This document shows, in pieces, positions 1 to 9,868 of a stretch of DNA of 64,000 nt (positions within the stretch are counted from its first letter, which is position 1; every line of letters starts with the position of its first letter). Source of the stretch: Candidatus Oxydemutatoraceae bacterium (lineage in GTDB: Bacteria > Pseudomonadota > Gammaproteobacteria > Poriferisulfidales > Oxydemutatoraceae); contig OZ244779.1 in the NCBI GenBank assembly GCA_965219575.1, forward strand, positions 1,409,928 to 1,473,927. The letters are read 5' to 3'. A program made the translations under genes and the position numbers. The notes under the pieces are model-generated. The model was not told where the DNA came from. It worked only from the letters and a program-made list of their open reading frames with translations, and did not search any database.

Positions 1-868
1 GCAAACCGATAACATCGAGCCCCAGCATGTCGCTGTTCGGTAATCGCCCGGTGCTGATTAAAACGGCATCGAAGCGGCGCGTGATAACGGTATCCGGTGT
101 TTTAATTTCGGCAAGCAAGCGGTTTTTATCGTTTTCGATTTTGCTAATTCGGGCTTGCATGTAGATTGCATCACAAATGTCGGTCAATCGGCTTAGTAAC
201 GGTTTACCGATATCGGTATCGCACATCTCGAGTAATTGCGGTTGGAGTTCGACAATTTCAACCGCCGACCCGAGGCCTTGATAGATAAAAGCGTTTTCTA
301 TGCCGATGATACCGCCACCTACAATCAATAACCGCTTAGGAACATGCTTTATGTTTAGGGCATCGCCCGAATACATAAGTTGTGTGCCATCTGTTATACT
401 TTCTATACGACGGTTGCGGGAGCCGGTTGCAATAATCACTTTATCAAAGCCTATAGTTTTTGATGACTCGGCCAGCTTTAATTCGTGTTCGGAATGGAAG
501 CAGGCCGTATCGTGTATTACTCGAATGTGTCGTTGTTCGGCAAGTTTGGCAAGCCCTTTGTTCAAACGAGCGATGACCGAATCCTTGAATTGCATCAATT
601 CTTTTGGTTTGATTTCGGGACAACCAAAGACAATGCCTTGCTCTTTTAATCCTTGTGCGGCTCTAATCACGGCACTCGTATGGAGCAATGTTTTAGACGG
701 GATACAACCGACATTCAAGCATACGCCACCCAATACCGGATAACGCTCGATAAGCGTAACCTCAAAGCCCAAGTCGGCAGCTCTGAACGCTGCGCTGTAG
801 CCGCCGGGTCCGCCGCCGATAACGACTAGATGTTCACTGCCCTGTTGTTTAGTAGAAGTTGCAGCCAT
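1..868 (-). CDS. lpdA: Dihydrolipoyl dehydrogenase (PDH E3), 5' portion; gene continues past window start
   Basis: Reverse-strand translation from the ATG at 868..866 gives MAATSTKQQGSEHLVVIGGGPGGYSAAFRAADLG... This is the FAD-binding GxGxxG motif typical of Lpd. A GGAGA SD lies upstream. It sits immediately downstream of aceF, as in the canonical aceEF-lpd operon. Confidence 0.85.
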   Translation of the reverse strand, partial: MAATSTKQQGSEHLVVIGGGPGGYSAAFRAADLGFEVTLIERYPVLGGVCLNVGCIPSKTLLHTSAVIRAAQGLKEQGIVFGCPEIKPKELMQFKDSVIARLNKGLAKLAEQRHIRVIHDTACFHSEHELKLAESSKTIGFDKVIIATGSRNRRIESITDGTQLMYSGDALNIKHVPKRLLIVGGGIIGIENAFIYQGLGSAVEIVELQPQLLEMCDTDIGKPLLSRLTDICDAIYMQARISKIENDKNRLLAEIKTPDTVITRRFDAVLISTGRLPNSDMLGLDVIGL

Positions 869-874
869 TATCTC

Positions 875-2140
875 CTAATTGAAAATATCGGGTTTAGATA
901 ATAACGCTTTGTAATGATTAAGAAAATTAACTGCGGCAACACCGTTATTCAAGCGATGGTCGTAGCATAGATGCAACGGTAGCATGGGTCTGGGCACGAA
1001 TTGTTCGCCATCCCAGACCGGCGTGATGCGGGTACGGCTAATACCCAGAATTGCCGCTTCGGGTGCGTTGATTATCGGTGTAAATGCACCACTGTCAAGA
1101 CCGCCTAGATTGCTGATGGTGATGCAACCTCCGGACATATCGTCGGCACTCAATTTGCCTGCTTTGGCCCGTTCTGCAAGCTGTTTGAGTTCGCTGTTTA
1201 TAGTTTTGATATCTTTTTGATCTACATCTCGTATCACCGGTACGAATAAGCCATGCTCGGTATCAACCGCAAAGCCGATGTGATAATAATCTCTAAGCAA
1301 CAGGGTTCTAGAGTTTTCCAAAGAAGCATTAAAGCGAGGAAACTCTCTTAACGAGTGTGCCAATGCTTTGATTAGAAAAGGCAATAATGTGGTCTTGTTT
1401 GATTTTTTAGCTCCGTTAAAGTGTTGCTTGCGGTAGTCTTCCAATTCACTTATATCGACTTCGCCGTGTTGCCATACATGCGGGATGGTTTGCCATGTGC
1501 TTTGCAAATGCTCGGCGGTTGCGCGTTGTACTCTACCGATATCTTCGCTCCGTGTATTGCCGAAACGTTTGTAGTCAACTCGTTTTGTTGCCGATGTGCT
1601 TTGCACCGCCGATGAAACCGCAGTGCGAAAGTATTGGGCAACATCCGCTCTGGTAATCCGTTCTTTAGCACCGGTGCCGGCAACCGCCGAAAGCCTAACA
1701 CCGAGCTCACGCGCAAAACGTCTCACCGAAGGGCTTGCACGCAGTGCCGTTGTATCTTTTGCAGCGGCATTATCATCGGTTTGTGGTTGTATAGTAGGCG
1801 CTTCTTTATCTACAGCTCGAGTTTGCGGTGCCACTCGGGTTGGTGTCGTGTCTTCGCTCAGTGTTGCAGATTCGGGTTCCCGAGTCTCGGCTTGCTTCGT
1901 GTCCGATACTGTTTCCAGTGTAACCAACAGGGTATCGGTTTTAACCGCCTCGCCTACTTTTACATGTATATCTCTAATCACTCCCGATTTGGGAGACGGG
2001 ATTTCCATCGACGCTTTTTCACTTTCCAAAGTCACGATACTATCGTCGGCATTTACGGTATCGCCGAGCGCAACCAATATCTCGCTGATTTCAACAAGAT
2101 CGAAGTCGTCTACATTCGGTACGGTTATTTGTGATTCCAT
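875..2140 (-). CDS. aceF: Dihydrolipoamide acetyltransferase, PDH E2 component
   Basis: N-terminal lipoyl domain (IVTLESEKASMEIPSPKSGVI), Ala/Pro-rich linker, peripheral subunit-binding domain and C-terminal catalytic domain ending DHRLNNGVAAVNFL. The operon position also fits. Confidence 0.9.
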   Translation of the reverse strand: MESQITVPNVDDFDLVEISEILVALGDTVNADDSIVTLESEKASMEIPSPKSGVIRDIHVKVGEAVKTDTLLVTLETVSDTKQAETREPESATLSEDTTPTRVAPQTRAVDKEAPTIQPQTDDNAAAKDTTALRASPSVRRFARELGVRLSAVAGTGAKERITRADVAQYFRTAVSSAVQSTSATKRVDYKRFGNTRSEDIGRVQRATAEHLQSTWQTIPHVWQHGEVDISELEDYRKQHFNGAKKSNKTTLLPFLIKALAHSLREFPRFNASLENSRTLLLRDYYHIGFAVDTEHGLFVPVIRDVDQKDIKTINSELKQLAERAKAGKLSADDMSGGCITISNLGGLDSGAFTPIINAPEAAILGISRTRITPVWDGEQFVPRPMLPLHLCYDHRLNNGVAAVNFLNHYKALLSKPDIFN

Positions 2141-2229
2141 AGTAATATCCGTTATCGTTCGATTATCATCAATTATAACGCAGGCATTTATTAATTCTGA
2201 AGAACTTGGATTATGGTTGCCATCCGTCT

Positions 2230-4875
2230 CTAATGTTTTGCGGGATTTTCGGTATCGGAATCGATTTGATATTTTTTTATTGCCGAAGCCGATATATCGG
2301 GCGGTAGTTTTTCGTTGTCGGCCAGAGCTTGCAATGCAGTTAATACGATATGGTATCTATCTACTTCGAAGAAGCGTCGTAGTTGCTCGCGAGTATCCGA
2401 GCGTCCGTAGCCGTCGGTTCCCAGAGTGTAGTAGGGTGCGGGAATGTATGCGCGTATTTGTTCGGCGTAGCCGTGCATGTAGTCGCTGGCAGCGACGACG
2501 GGGATATCCGCTTGAGGTAGACATTGGGTGACATAAGGTGTACTTTTATCGGCCAGCGGATGCAATCTATTTCGGCGCACCGCATCGTATCCGTCGCGAG
2601 ACAATTCGGTGAAGCTGGTGACACTATAGACTTCGGCTTCTATATCCCAATCGTTTTGCAGTAGTGCTTGTGCGGCGATACACTCTCGCAAAATTGCACC
2701 ACTACCCAATAGACGAACTCGAGGCTGAGACGATGGTTTAAGGCAATAGATACCACGAATAATCTGCGCAGTGACATTCGCGGGCATCTCGGGATGTTCG
2801 TAGTTTTCGTTCATCACGGTGATATAGAAGAAGACATTCTCCTGTTTGCCGACCATACGTTTCAATCCGTGATGAATAATTACCGCAAGTTCATAAGCAA
2901 AGCAAGGGTCGTAGCTAATACAGTTGGGTATGACTGCGGCTTGTAAATGACTTTGTCCGTCTTGATGTTGCAAGCCTTCGCCGGCTAAGGTGGTGCGTCC
3001 CGATGTTGCGCCGATTAAAAAGCCGCGTGCCTCCATATCGCCTGCTGCCCAGGCGAGATCACCGATGCGCTGAAAACCGAATATCGAATAGAATATATAA
3101 AAAGGCACCATGTTCAAGCTATGCTCGCTGTACGAAGTTGCCGCAGCGATCCACGATGAAAAAGCACCCGCCTCGCAGATAGATTCTTCCAGTATCTGTC
3201 CCGATTTATCTTCTTTGTAATACATGATTTCATCTATATCTTCCGGTTCGTAAAGTTGTCCGATCGACGAATAAATACCCAGCGTGCGAAACATTCCTTC
3301 CATACCGAAAGTACGCGCTTCGTCGGGAACAATCGGTACTACATAACGCCCGAATTGTCGATCTCTGCACAGCAAAGTTAAGATGCGTACGAAAGCCATC
3401 GTCGTAGAAAAGGCTTTGGATGTCGGTTTGAGCAAAGCGGAGAGACTATCCAGACTCGGGTAGGGTAGCGGTGAGGCTTTGCGCAGATGACTTCTTTGTG
3501 GCATGAAGCCGCCGAGCTTCGTGCGATGTTCATACAGATAATGATATTCGTCGCTATCCTTCGACAAAGTGATATACTCCAGATTTTCTACTTGTCTGTC
3601 GGTGAGCGGCAAATTAAAGCGATCGCGCATCATTTTTAACGGTTCTATGTCCATCTTCTTTTGCTGATGCGAGCGGTTTTGTCCTTCGCCCGACTCTCCC
3701 ATGCCGTAACCTTTGACCGTTTTGGCTAAAATTACGGTGGGATGTTCTTTGTGATTGACCGCCTTATGATAGGCTGCATAGACTTTATTGGGGTCGTGTC
3801 CGCCTCGGTTCAATTTCCATAAATCCAGATCGGATAAGTCGGAAACCATATCGAGCAACTGCGGGTATTTGCCGAAAAAATGTTTGCGTATATAAGAACC
3901 TCCCTTCGCTTTGTAGTTTTGATAATAGCCGTCTATTACTTCTCCCATTCTTTTCACCAATAGACCCTCCTTATCTTTTTGCAATAAAGGCTCCCAATAA
4001 GATCCCCAAATGACTTTGATAACATTCCAACCCGACCCTCTGAAGATAGCTTCCAGTTCTTGAATGATTTTGCCGTTGCCGCGCACCGGTCCGTCCAATC
4101 GTTGCAAATTGCAGTTGATAACAAAAGTCAAGTTATCGAGCTTCTCACGACCGGCGAGAGAAATAGCTCCCAATGACTCGGGTTCGTCCATCTCGCCGTC
4201 TCCTAGAAATACCCAAACTCGTCGTCCTTTGCATGTTGCAAGTTTGCGGTTTTCCAAATAGTGCATGAAGCGCGCTTGGTAAATTCCCATGATCGACGAG
4301 AGGCCCATAGAGACGGTCGGGAATTGCCAAAAATCGGGCATCAATTTAGGATGTGGATAGGAGGATAAACCCTGTTCGCCGATTTCAAAACGAAATCCGT
4401 TGAGCTGCTTCTCGGAGAGGCGCCCCTCTAGGAATGCCCGCGCATAAATACCCGGTGAACTGTGCCCTTGAATGAACAATAAATCGCTACCGTCGGGATG
4501 GTCGGGTCCTTTGAAGAAATGATTGAACCCCACATCGTAGAGTGTCGCTGCAGAAGCGAAGGTTGCGATATGTCCACCGATGCCTTTGTACTTTTTGTTG
4601 GCACGAATCACCATGACTGCGGCATTCCATCGTATCAACGAGCGAATACGGTGTTCTATCGCATTATCACCCGGACTTGCCGCCTGTTCGTCGGTCGGGA
4701 TCGTGTTGACATAAGGGGTATTGGCGATAGTGCTCGGCGCAGAAATGCCTTGCGCTTGTGCATATTCATCTATACGTTTCAATAAATAAACGGCGCGTTG
4801 CTTGCCGGCTATTTCGTTAAGATCGTCGAGCGCATCGAGCCATTCTCTGGTTTCTTGCGGGTCGCTGTCTATCAT
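2230..4875 (-). CDS. aceE: Pyruvate dehydrogenase E1 component
   Basis: ~880-aa ORF with an AceE-like N-terminus (MIDSDPQETREWLDALDDL) and conserved E1 regions. The six-frame ORF extends to 4926, but the likely start is the internal Met at 4875. Confidence 0.88.
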   Translation of the reverse strand: MIDSDPQETREWLDALDDLNEIAGKQRAVYLLKRIDEYAQAQGISAPSTIANTPYVNTIPTDEQAASPGDNAIEHRIRSLIRWNAAVMVIRANKKYKGIGGHIATFASAATLYDVGFNHFFKGPDHPDGSDLLFIQGHSSPGIYARAFLEGRLSEKQLNGFRFEIGEQGLSSYPHPKLMPDFWQFPTVSMGLSSIMGIYQARFMHYLENRKLATCKGRRVWVFLGDGEMDEPESLGAISLAGREKLDNLTFVINCNLQRLDGPVRGNGKIIQELEAIFRGSGWNVIKVIWGSYWEPLLQKDKEGLLVKRMGEVIDGYYQNYKAKGGSYIRKHFFGKYPQLLDMVSDLSDLDLWKLNRGGHDPNKVYAAYHKAVNHKEHPTVILAKTVKGYGMGESGEGQNRSHQQKKMDIEPLKMMRDRFNLPLTDRQVENLEYITLSKDSDEYHYLYEHRTKLGGFMPQRSHLRKASPLPYPSLDSLSALLKPTSKAFSTTMAFVRILTLLCRDRQFGRYVVPIVPDEARTFGMEGMFRTLGIYSSIGQLYEPEDIDEIMYYKEDKSGQILEESICEAGAFSSWIAAATSYSEHSLNMVPFYIFYSIFGFQRIGDLAWAAGDMEARGFLIGATSGRTTLAGEGLQHQDGQSHLQAAVIPNCISYDPCFAYELAVIIHHGLKRMVGKQENVFFYITVMNENYEHPEMPANVTAQIIRGIYCLKPSSQPRVRLLGSGAILRECIAAQALLQNDWDIEAEVYSVTSFTELSRDGYDAVRRNRLHPLADKSTPYVTQCLPQADIPVVAASDYMHGYAEQIRAYIPAPYYTLGTDGYGRSDTREQLRRFFEVDRYHIVLTALQALADNEKLPPDISASAIKKYQIDSDTENPAKH

Positions 4876-4883
4876 CGGCGGTA

Positions 4884-5633
4884 TCAGTTGCGGATGCGAA
4901 CACCCCGCACCAGCAGCTGCAAGCAAATAGTCACCAAAACGATTAAACAGCCGGCCAGAATAATCAGCGATCTGGAAACATTGACATCACTAAATCCCAT
5001 GCTGGCGTGTCTGAATATATCTATCATATAAAAGATCGGATTGAATAAAGTGATGTTGCGCCATACTTCGGGTAGTATTTCCACTGAATAAAAGACACCG
5101 CCTAGATAGGTCAGAGGCATCAAAATAAAAGTAGGAATGATTGAAATGCCGTCGAAACTTCTGGCGTATATACCGTTGATCATGCCGGCGGTAGAAAATA
5201 CCGCCGAAGTCAACAGCAACACGACGATTGTCAAACCGAAATCGGGGAAGGGGAGCGTTGCAAAAGTTAAGGAGACTACCCAAACGACCAGACCGACGAC
5301 TAGACCCCTTGCCATGCCGCCGACAATAAAGCCGATCATTAATATATACGCCGGCATCGGTGAGATAAGCATTTCCTCTATATTTTTATGGAAGCGAGTG
5401 CTGTAGAACGAGGTGACAACATTACTGTAAGAATTGGTGATTACCGACATCAGGATTAATCCCGGAATAATGTATTCCATATAGGTGTATCCTCCCATCC
5501 CGGAGAGCTGCCGACCCACCAATTCTCCGAAGATAACGCAATACAGCATCGTCGTTATCGCCGGCGGTAGCAGAGTCTGTATCCAAATACGCATAAAACG
5601 TAATATCTCTCGTCTCAATAGGGTATAAAGCAC
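4884..5633 (-). CDS. ABC-2 type transporter permease (YadH-like)
   Basis: Multi-TM protein with an N-terminal motif LRREILRFMRIWIQTLLPP matching the YadH/ABC-2 family. It is paired with the upstream ATPase. The track ORF (to 5840) would overlap the ATPase by 166 nt, so a GTG start near 5633 is inferred. Confidence 0.6.
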   Translation of the reverse strand: MLYTLLRREILRFMRIWIQTLLPPAITTMLYCVIFGELVGRQLSGMGGYTYMEYIIPGLILMSVITNSYSNVVTSFYSTRFHKNIEEMLISPMPAYILMIGFIVGGMARGLVVGLVVWVVSLTFATLPFPDFGLTIVVLLLTSAVFSTAGMINGIYARSFDGISIIPTFILMPLTYLGGVFYSVEILPEVWRNITLFNPIFYMIDIFRHASMGFSDVNVSRSLIILAGCLIVLVTICLQLLVRGVRIRN

Positions 5634-5674
5634 AATCGCTATATATTGCGGATATTCGGATTGAGATTGGTTCA

Positions 5675-6637
5675 CTATGCGTGCCTCTCTATATCGGAAT
5701 CGCTCAACGGTAAAGTATCGTGCTCGGATACTAATTTTAGAAACAACTCTTCCAATCGGTTGGAGGTATTGCGCAGACTCAATAAGCGAATGTTGTGGCG
5801 CGACAGCTCGGTAAATACTCGCGCCAAATCGGTATTGCAACCGGTAATCACCTCTAAAGTATACGCATCGATCTGCTTTAAGGTCACCGAATCTATGGTC
5901 GGCATATTATCCGCAGTGATAGGTTCGGTTAGATAAAGGGTGAACGATTCCGAATCCGAGCTATTGAGTAAATTGCGCATCGTTGTATTGGCAATGATTT
6001 TTCCTTGATCGATGATGGCGATATTGCGGCATAATTTTTCGGCTTCCTCCAAGTAATGCGTGGTGAGTATAATCGTCGTACCCTGTTCGTTCAGTTCGCT
6101 TAGAAAGTGCCATATCATCCGTCTTATCTCTATATCGACACCGGCAGTCGGTTCGTCCAGAATCAGTAGTTGAGGCTTATGTAGCATCGCACGGGCAATC
6201 ATCAAACGTCGTTTCATTCCTCCCGAGAGATTGCGTGCTTCTTGATAACGCTTCTCCCATAAACCTAGGTCTTTAAGGTACTCTCCGGCGCGACTACGCG
6301 CTTTACGAGGCGGCACACCGTAATAACCTGCTTGGTTGACTAAAATTTCAATCACCGGTTCGAATTGATTAAAACTGAACTCTTGTGGCACCAGCCCGAT
6401 ATACTTTTTAGCTTTATTGAAATGTGTATCTATGTTGAGTCCGTATATATGTACTTCACCCGAAGTTTTCTTGATTAGTGAAGTAATGATACCGAGGGTT
6501 GTAGACTTGCCTGCACCGTTAGGACCTAGAAGGGCGAAAAAATCACCGTGTTCTACGACTAGATTAACTTTGTCCAGAGCTATTTGTCCGTTCGGATAGA
6601 TTTTGTCCAAATTTGAAATATGAAGAGCGGATTTCAT
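5675..6637 (-). CDS. ABC transporter ATP-binding protein (YadG-like)
   Basis: Walker A GPNGAGKST, signature LSGGMKRRL and Walker B LLILDEP. Confidence 0.85.
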   Translation of the reverse strand: MKSALHISNLDKIYPNGQIALDKVNLVVEHGDFFALLGPNGAGKSTTLGIITSLIKKTSGEVHIYGLNIDTHFNKAKKYIGLVPQEFSFNQFEPVIEILVNQAGYYGVPPRKARSRAGEYLKDLGLWEKRYQEARNLSGGMKRRLMIARAMLHKPQLLILDEPTAGVDIEIRRMIWHFLSELNEQGTTIILTTHYLEEAEKLCRNIAIIDQGKIIANTTMRNLLNSSDSESFTLYLTEPITADNMPTIDSVTLKQIDAYTLEVITGCNTDLARVFTELSRHNIRLLSLRNTSNRLEELFLKLVSEHDTLPLSDSDIERHA

Positions 6638-6708
6638 AACGCCTATTGTACGACATACAATGTCGATACGCTTTTGTTTAATCGTAAAACATTACATATA
6701 ATAAGCCG

Positions 6709-7707
6709 ATGAATTTAAGCGAGCATAGACGTTTTTGTGTGGCACCGATGATGGCTTATACCGACCGCCATTTCCGCTATTTATTACGATTGATTAGCCG
6801 TCATGCGATGCTGTATACGGAAATGCTTAGCAGTCATGCAATACTGAACGGTGATTGTAGTCGTTTATTGGGTTTTTCCGATCAGGAACATCCTTTGGCG
6901 TTGCAGGTCGGAGGGAGTTGTGCCGAAGATATGGCGCGTTGTGCCGAATATGCCGAGCAATACGGTTACGACGAGATTAACATCAACGCAGGATGCCCCA
7001 GCCCCAGAGTGGGCAAGGCACAATTCGGAGCTTGCTTGATGAAAACACCACAACGCATCGCAGACTGTGTCCACTTAATGTCGCAAGCGAGCAATTTACC
7101 CGTCAGTGTGAAGTGCAGAATCGGTGTTGACGATCACGACGGCTACGAACGGTTTTATCGTTTCGTAGCATGTATTGCCGATGCCGGTTGCAACATATTC
7201 ATCGTCCATGCCCGTAAGGCACTGCTAGGCAAATTATCTCCCAAACAGAATAGAGAAATACCACCGCTCGAATACGAGTATGTCTATAGGCTCAAGCAAG
7301 CGCGTCCCGACTTGGAGATTATCTTGAACGGTGGCATAAACGATATAGCTACTGCGTACCGAGAATTGGATATCGTAGACGGAGTGATGCTGGGCCGAGC
7401 GGTACAGAAAAATCCTTTTATACTACACGAAGTCGATGCACTGTTTTATAATCGGCATACCGGTTATAAATCCCCGATAGATATTGCCGGAATGATGTTA
7501 CTTTATATAGAATATCAAATCGGCAAAAACACATACAATAAAAAATTGTTACAAGCCGTGCAGAATTTATTTAAGGGACATAGGCACGCTAAAAAATGGA
7601 GACACCTACTGAGCGTAGAAGCGAATAGGATAGAAAAAAATAAACTCGTCGGATGGTTGGACGAACAACTGAAATCATTCGAGGAGGAATTACTTGAAAA
7701 TATATAA
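6709..7707 (+). CDS. dusA: tRNA-dihydrouridine synthase A
   Basis: DusA-type N-terminus (FCVAPMMAYTDRHFRYLLRLIS, LYTEM) and a TIM-barrel Dus fold. Confidence 0.85.
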   Translation: MNLSEHRRFCVAPMMAYTDRHFRYLLRLISRHAMLYTEMLSSHAILNGDCSRLLGFSDQEHPLALQVGGSCAEDMARCAEYAEQYGYDEININAGCPSPRVGKAQFGACLMKTPQRIADCVHLMSQASNLPVSVKCRIGVDDHDGYERFYRFVACIADAGCNIFIVHARKALLGKLSPKQNREIPPLEYEYVYRLKQARPDLEIILNGGINDIATAYRELDIVDGVMLGRAVQKNPFILHEVDALFYNRHTGYKSPIDIAGMMLLYIEYQIGKNTYNKKLLQAVQNLFKGHRHAKKWRHLLSVEANRIEKNKLVGWLDEQLKSFEEELLENI

Positions 7708-7723
7708 GATTTAAGGATACGAA

Positions 7724-8506
7724 ATGAGTTTATGGGTACGGTTTGAACACCGAAATCAAATAAAAATAGGTTGCTTGGAAGGGCAGGAAATCAGACTTTG
7801 TGATACCGAGGATGACCATCCTTTCGGCACTCCGCCGCTCACCGATCAAACCGTGCGTTTGGATAAAGTTACATTATTAACGCCGTGCACACCGAGTAAA
7901 ATGATTGCATTGTGGAATAATTACGCCGCCCTTGCCGATAAAAATGAATTGCCTTATCCCGAGACACCTTTGTATTTATTCAAGCCTGCGAATACTTATG
8001 CCGGACCCGAGGCGATTATCAGATATCCTAGGTTTTACGAAGGTGAAGTTTTTTATGAGGGTGAACTCGGTATCGTTATCGGCAGGCTTGCGTGTAATCT
8101 TGAAAATCCTAAAGCCGGCAACGATGCGATATTCGGTTATACCTGCATCAACGATGTGACCGCCTTCGATTTATTAAAAGAATACGCAGGCTTCGATCAA
8201 TGGAGCCGTGCAAAAGGTTTTGACGGCTTCGGTATATTCGGTCCTGCGATTGCCACACAATTGGATTGGCGAGCACTCGAAATCATAACCCGTGTGAACG
8301 GTGCCGAAGTCCAGCATTACCCGGCAAAAGATATGATTTTTAATCCACCCGAGGTAGTTACCGCATTGTCGCGCAATATGACACTATATCCAGGGGATAT
8401 TATCTGCTGCGGTACTTCGATCGGATTAGGTCCGATGCCGGTAGATTGCATTGTTGAAGTTGAAATCGCAGGTATCGGCCGTCTGACCAATAGAACCGCC
8501 GATTGA
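7724..8506 (+). CDS. Fumarylacetoacetate hydrolase (FAH) family protein
   Basis: FAH-fold motifs (GEVFYEGELGIVIGR, FGYTCINDVTAFDL). Confidence 0.7.
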   Translation: MSLWVRFEHRNQIKIGCLEGQEIRLCDTEDDHPFGTPPLTDQTVRLDKVTLLTPCTPSKMIALWNNYAALADKNELPYPETPLYLFKPANTYAGPEAIIRYPRFYEGEVFYEGELGIVIGRLACNLENPKAGNDAIFGYTCINDVTAFDLLKEYAGFDQWSRAKGFDGFGIFGPAIATQLDWRALEIITRVNGAEVQHYPAKDMIFNPPEVVTALSRNMTLYPGDIICCGTSIGLGPMPVDCIVEVEIAGIGRLTNRTAD

Positions 8507-8630
8507 GCCGATAGGTCAATCGGCATAACTTCTTACAAAATCTAAATATTGTGTCCATAATTCATTCCCCTCCTGTGGAGGGGTGGCAGGCGCAATATAA
8601 ACGGTAGAGTGGGAGTTGTTGAAAAAGTGC

Positions 8631-8659
8631 GTCGCTTGCTCTATAGAGGAGCAAGCGAC
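8631..8659. terminator. Putative bidirectional hairpin between convergent genes
   Basis: GTCGCTTGCTC-tatag-aGGAGCAAGCGAC stem-loop lying between the convergent FAH-family gene and the PstS-like gene. There is no clear U-tract, so this is weak. It sits inside a family B/A repeat fragment. Confidence 0.3.
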
Positions 8660-8673
8660 GGAATTTATTATTG

Positions 8674-9720
8674 TTATAAGGTTGCCGAGAGAATTTCTAG
8701 ATTGTTTACCGCATCCATGACGGATTCGTGTTCGGCCGGACCCATCGGTATTAAGCCTCTCTCTATTAGATAGCCTTCCGGACCGGTTGCCTCGGGATTG
8801 ATAAACGCTTTAGCGTATTCGGCAACACCCGGGATAACGCCTACATGTTGTTTTTTCACATAGAAATACAATGCCCTGGATATCGGATAGCTACCGTCGG
8901 AGATGGTCTCGAATACCGGGGACACATCGCCGATTAAAGCACCCTGTACGAGATCCATATTCTGCTCGAGGAAACTAAATCCGAAGATTCCGAAAGCATC
9001 GGGATTGACGCTGAGTTTCTGCACGATGAGGTTATCGTTTTCACCGGCTTCTACATAAGCACCGTCTTCGCGAATGCTGTGGCAACGTGCTTTGTATGTA
9101 GTTTTATCGACGGACTTCATTGCTTTGATCCACTCGTAATTTTTGCAACCCCCTTCCATTCCGAGTTCTACGAAAGCATCACGGGTACCCGAAGTAGGCG
9201 GAGGACCTAGCACCATAATCTCGGTTTCGGGGAGGTCTGCATTGACATCGCTCCACATTTTATGAGGATTGGGCACGAACGACTCCGAACCGTCCGGGTT
9301 GGGGATGTCTTTGGCAAGTGCCAAGTAAATATCCTTAAGCTCAACTTTCATCGTATCGGCTTTTTTAGAATTAGCCAACACGATGCCGTCGTAGCCTACT
9401 TTAACCTCTATAATTTGGTCGACACCGTTTTCACGACAACTATCAACCTCGCTTTGTTTGATTCGGCGAGATGCGTTGGTGATGTCCGGTGTTTGTACCC
9501 CGAGTCCCGAGCAGAAAAGTTTCAAGCCACCGCCCGAACCGGTTGATTCTATTTTGGGGGTTTTGAAACTAGTGGTTTGACCGAAATGCTCGGCGACTAC
9601 GGTTGCGAATGGATAGACCGTTGAAGAGCCGACGATGGAGATTTGCTCTCTTGCATCGGCAATGCCGATACTCAGAACGAAAAATCCAGCGAGGGCAAGG
9701 TAAGATTGAAATTTTTTCAT
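8674..9720 (-). CDS. PstS-family phosphate-binding protein / ABC substrate-binding protein
   Basis: Signal peptide followed by a PBP-fold signature GSSTVYPFATVVAEHF...STGSGGG typical of the PstS family. Confidence 0.6.
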   Translation of the reverse strand: MKKFQSYLALAGFFVLSIGIADAREQISIVGSSTVYPFATVVAEHFGQTTSFKTPKIESTGSGGGLKLFCSGLGVQTPDITNASRRIKQSEVDSCRENGVDQIIEVKVGYDGIVLANSKKADTMKVELKDIYLALAKDIPNPDGSESFVPNPHKMWSDVNADLPETEIMVLGPPPTSGTRDAFVELGMEGGCKNYEWIKAMKSVDKTTYKARCHSIREDGAYVEAGENDNLIVQKLSVNPDAFGIFGFSFLEQNMDLVQGALIGDVSPVFETISDGSYPISRALYFYVKKQHVGVIPGVAEYAKAFINPEATGPEGYLIERGLIPMGPAEHESVMDAVNNLEILSATL

Positions 9721-9868
9721 TCCATACTCCTGAATAGTTAATCAAATTATTGCTAGGGATAATCCTGCAATGCCACTATAATGATGCGAAAATATGACAG
9801 GAATATGTAAAAATGGAATTATCGAGCGATATTCGTTTAGCTTTCGGCACCGACTTTTAATCGAACAA

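Noticed and set aside
300-743. 147-aa plus-strand ORF at the window start
   Set aside because: It is antisense to lpd, whose reverse-strand translation gives canonical FAD/NAD-binding motifs.
1596-2531. 311-aa plus-strand ORF and other long antisense ORFs (10397..10900, 11304..11837, 12498..13010, 14138..14587, 19411..19798)
   Set aside because: They lie opposite strongly supported genes (aceF/aceE, yejA, yejB, yejE and the IS110 transposase). Their composition is low-complexity, which is typical of antisense frames.
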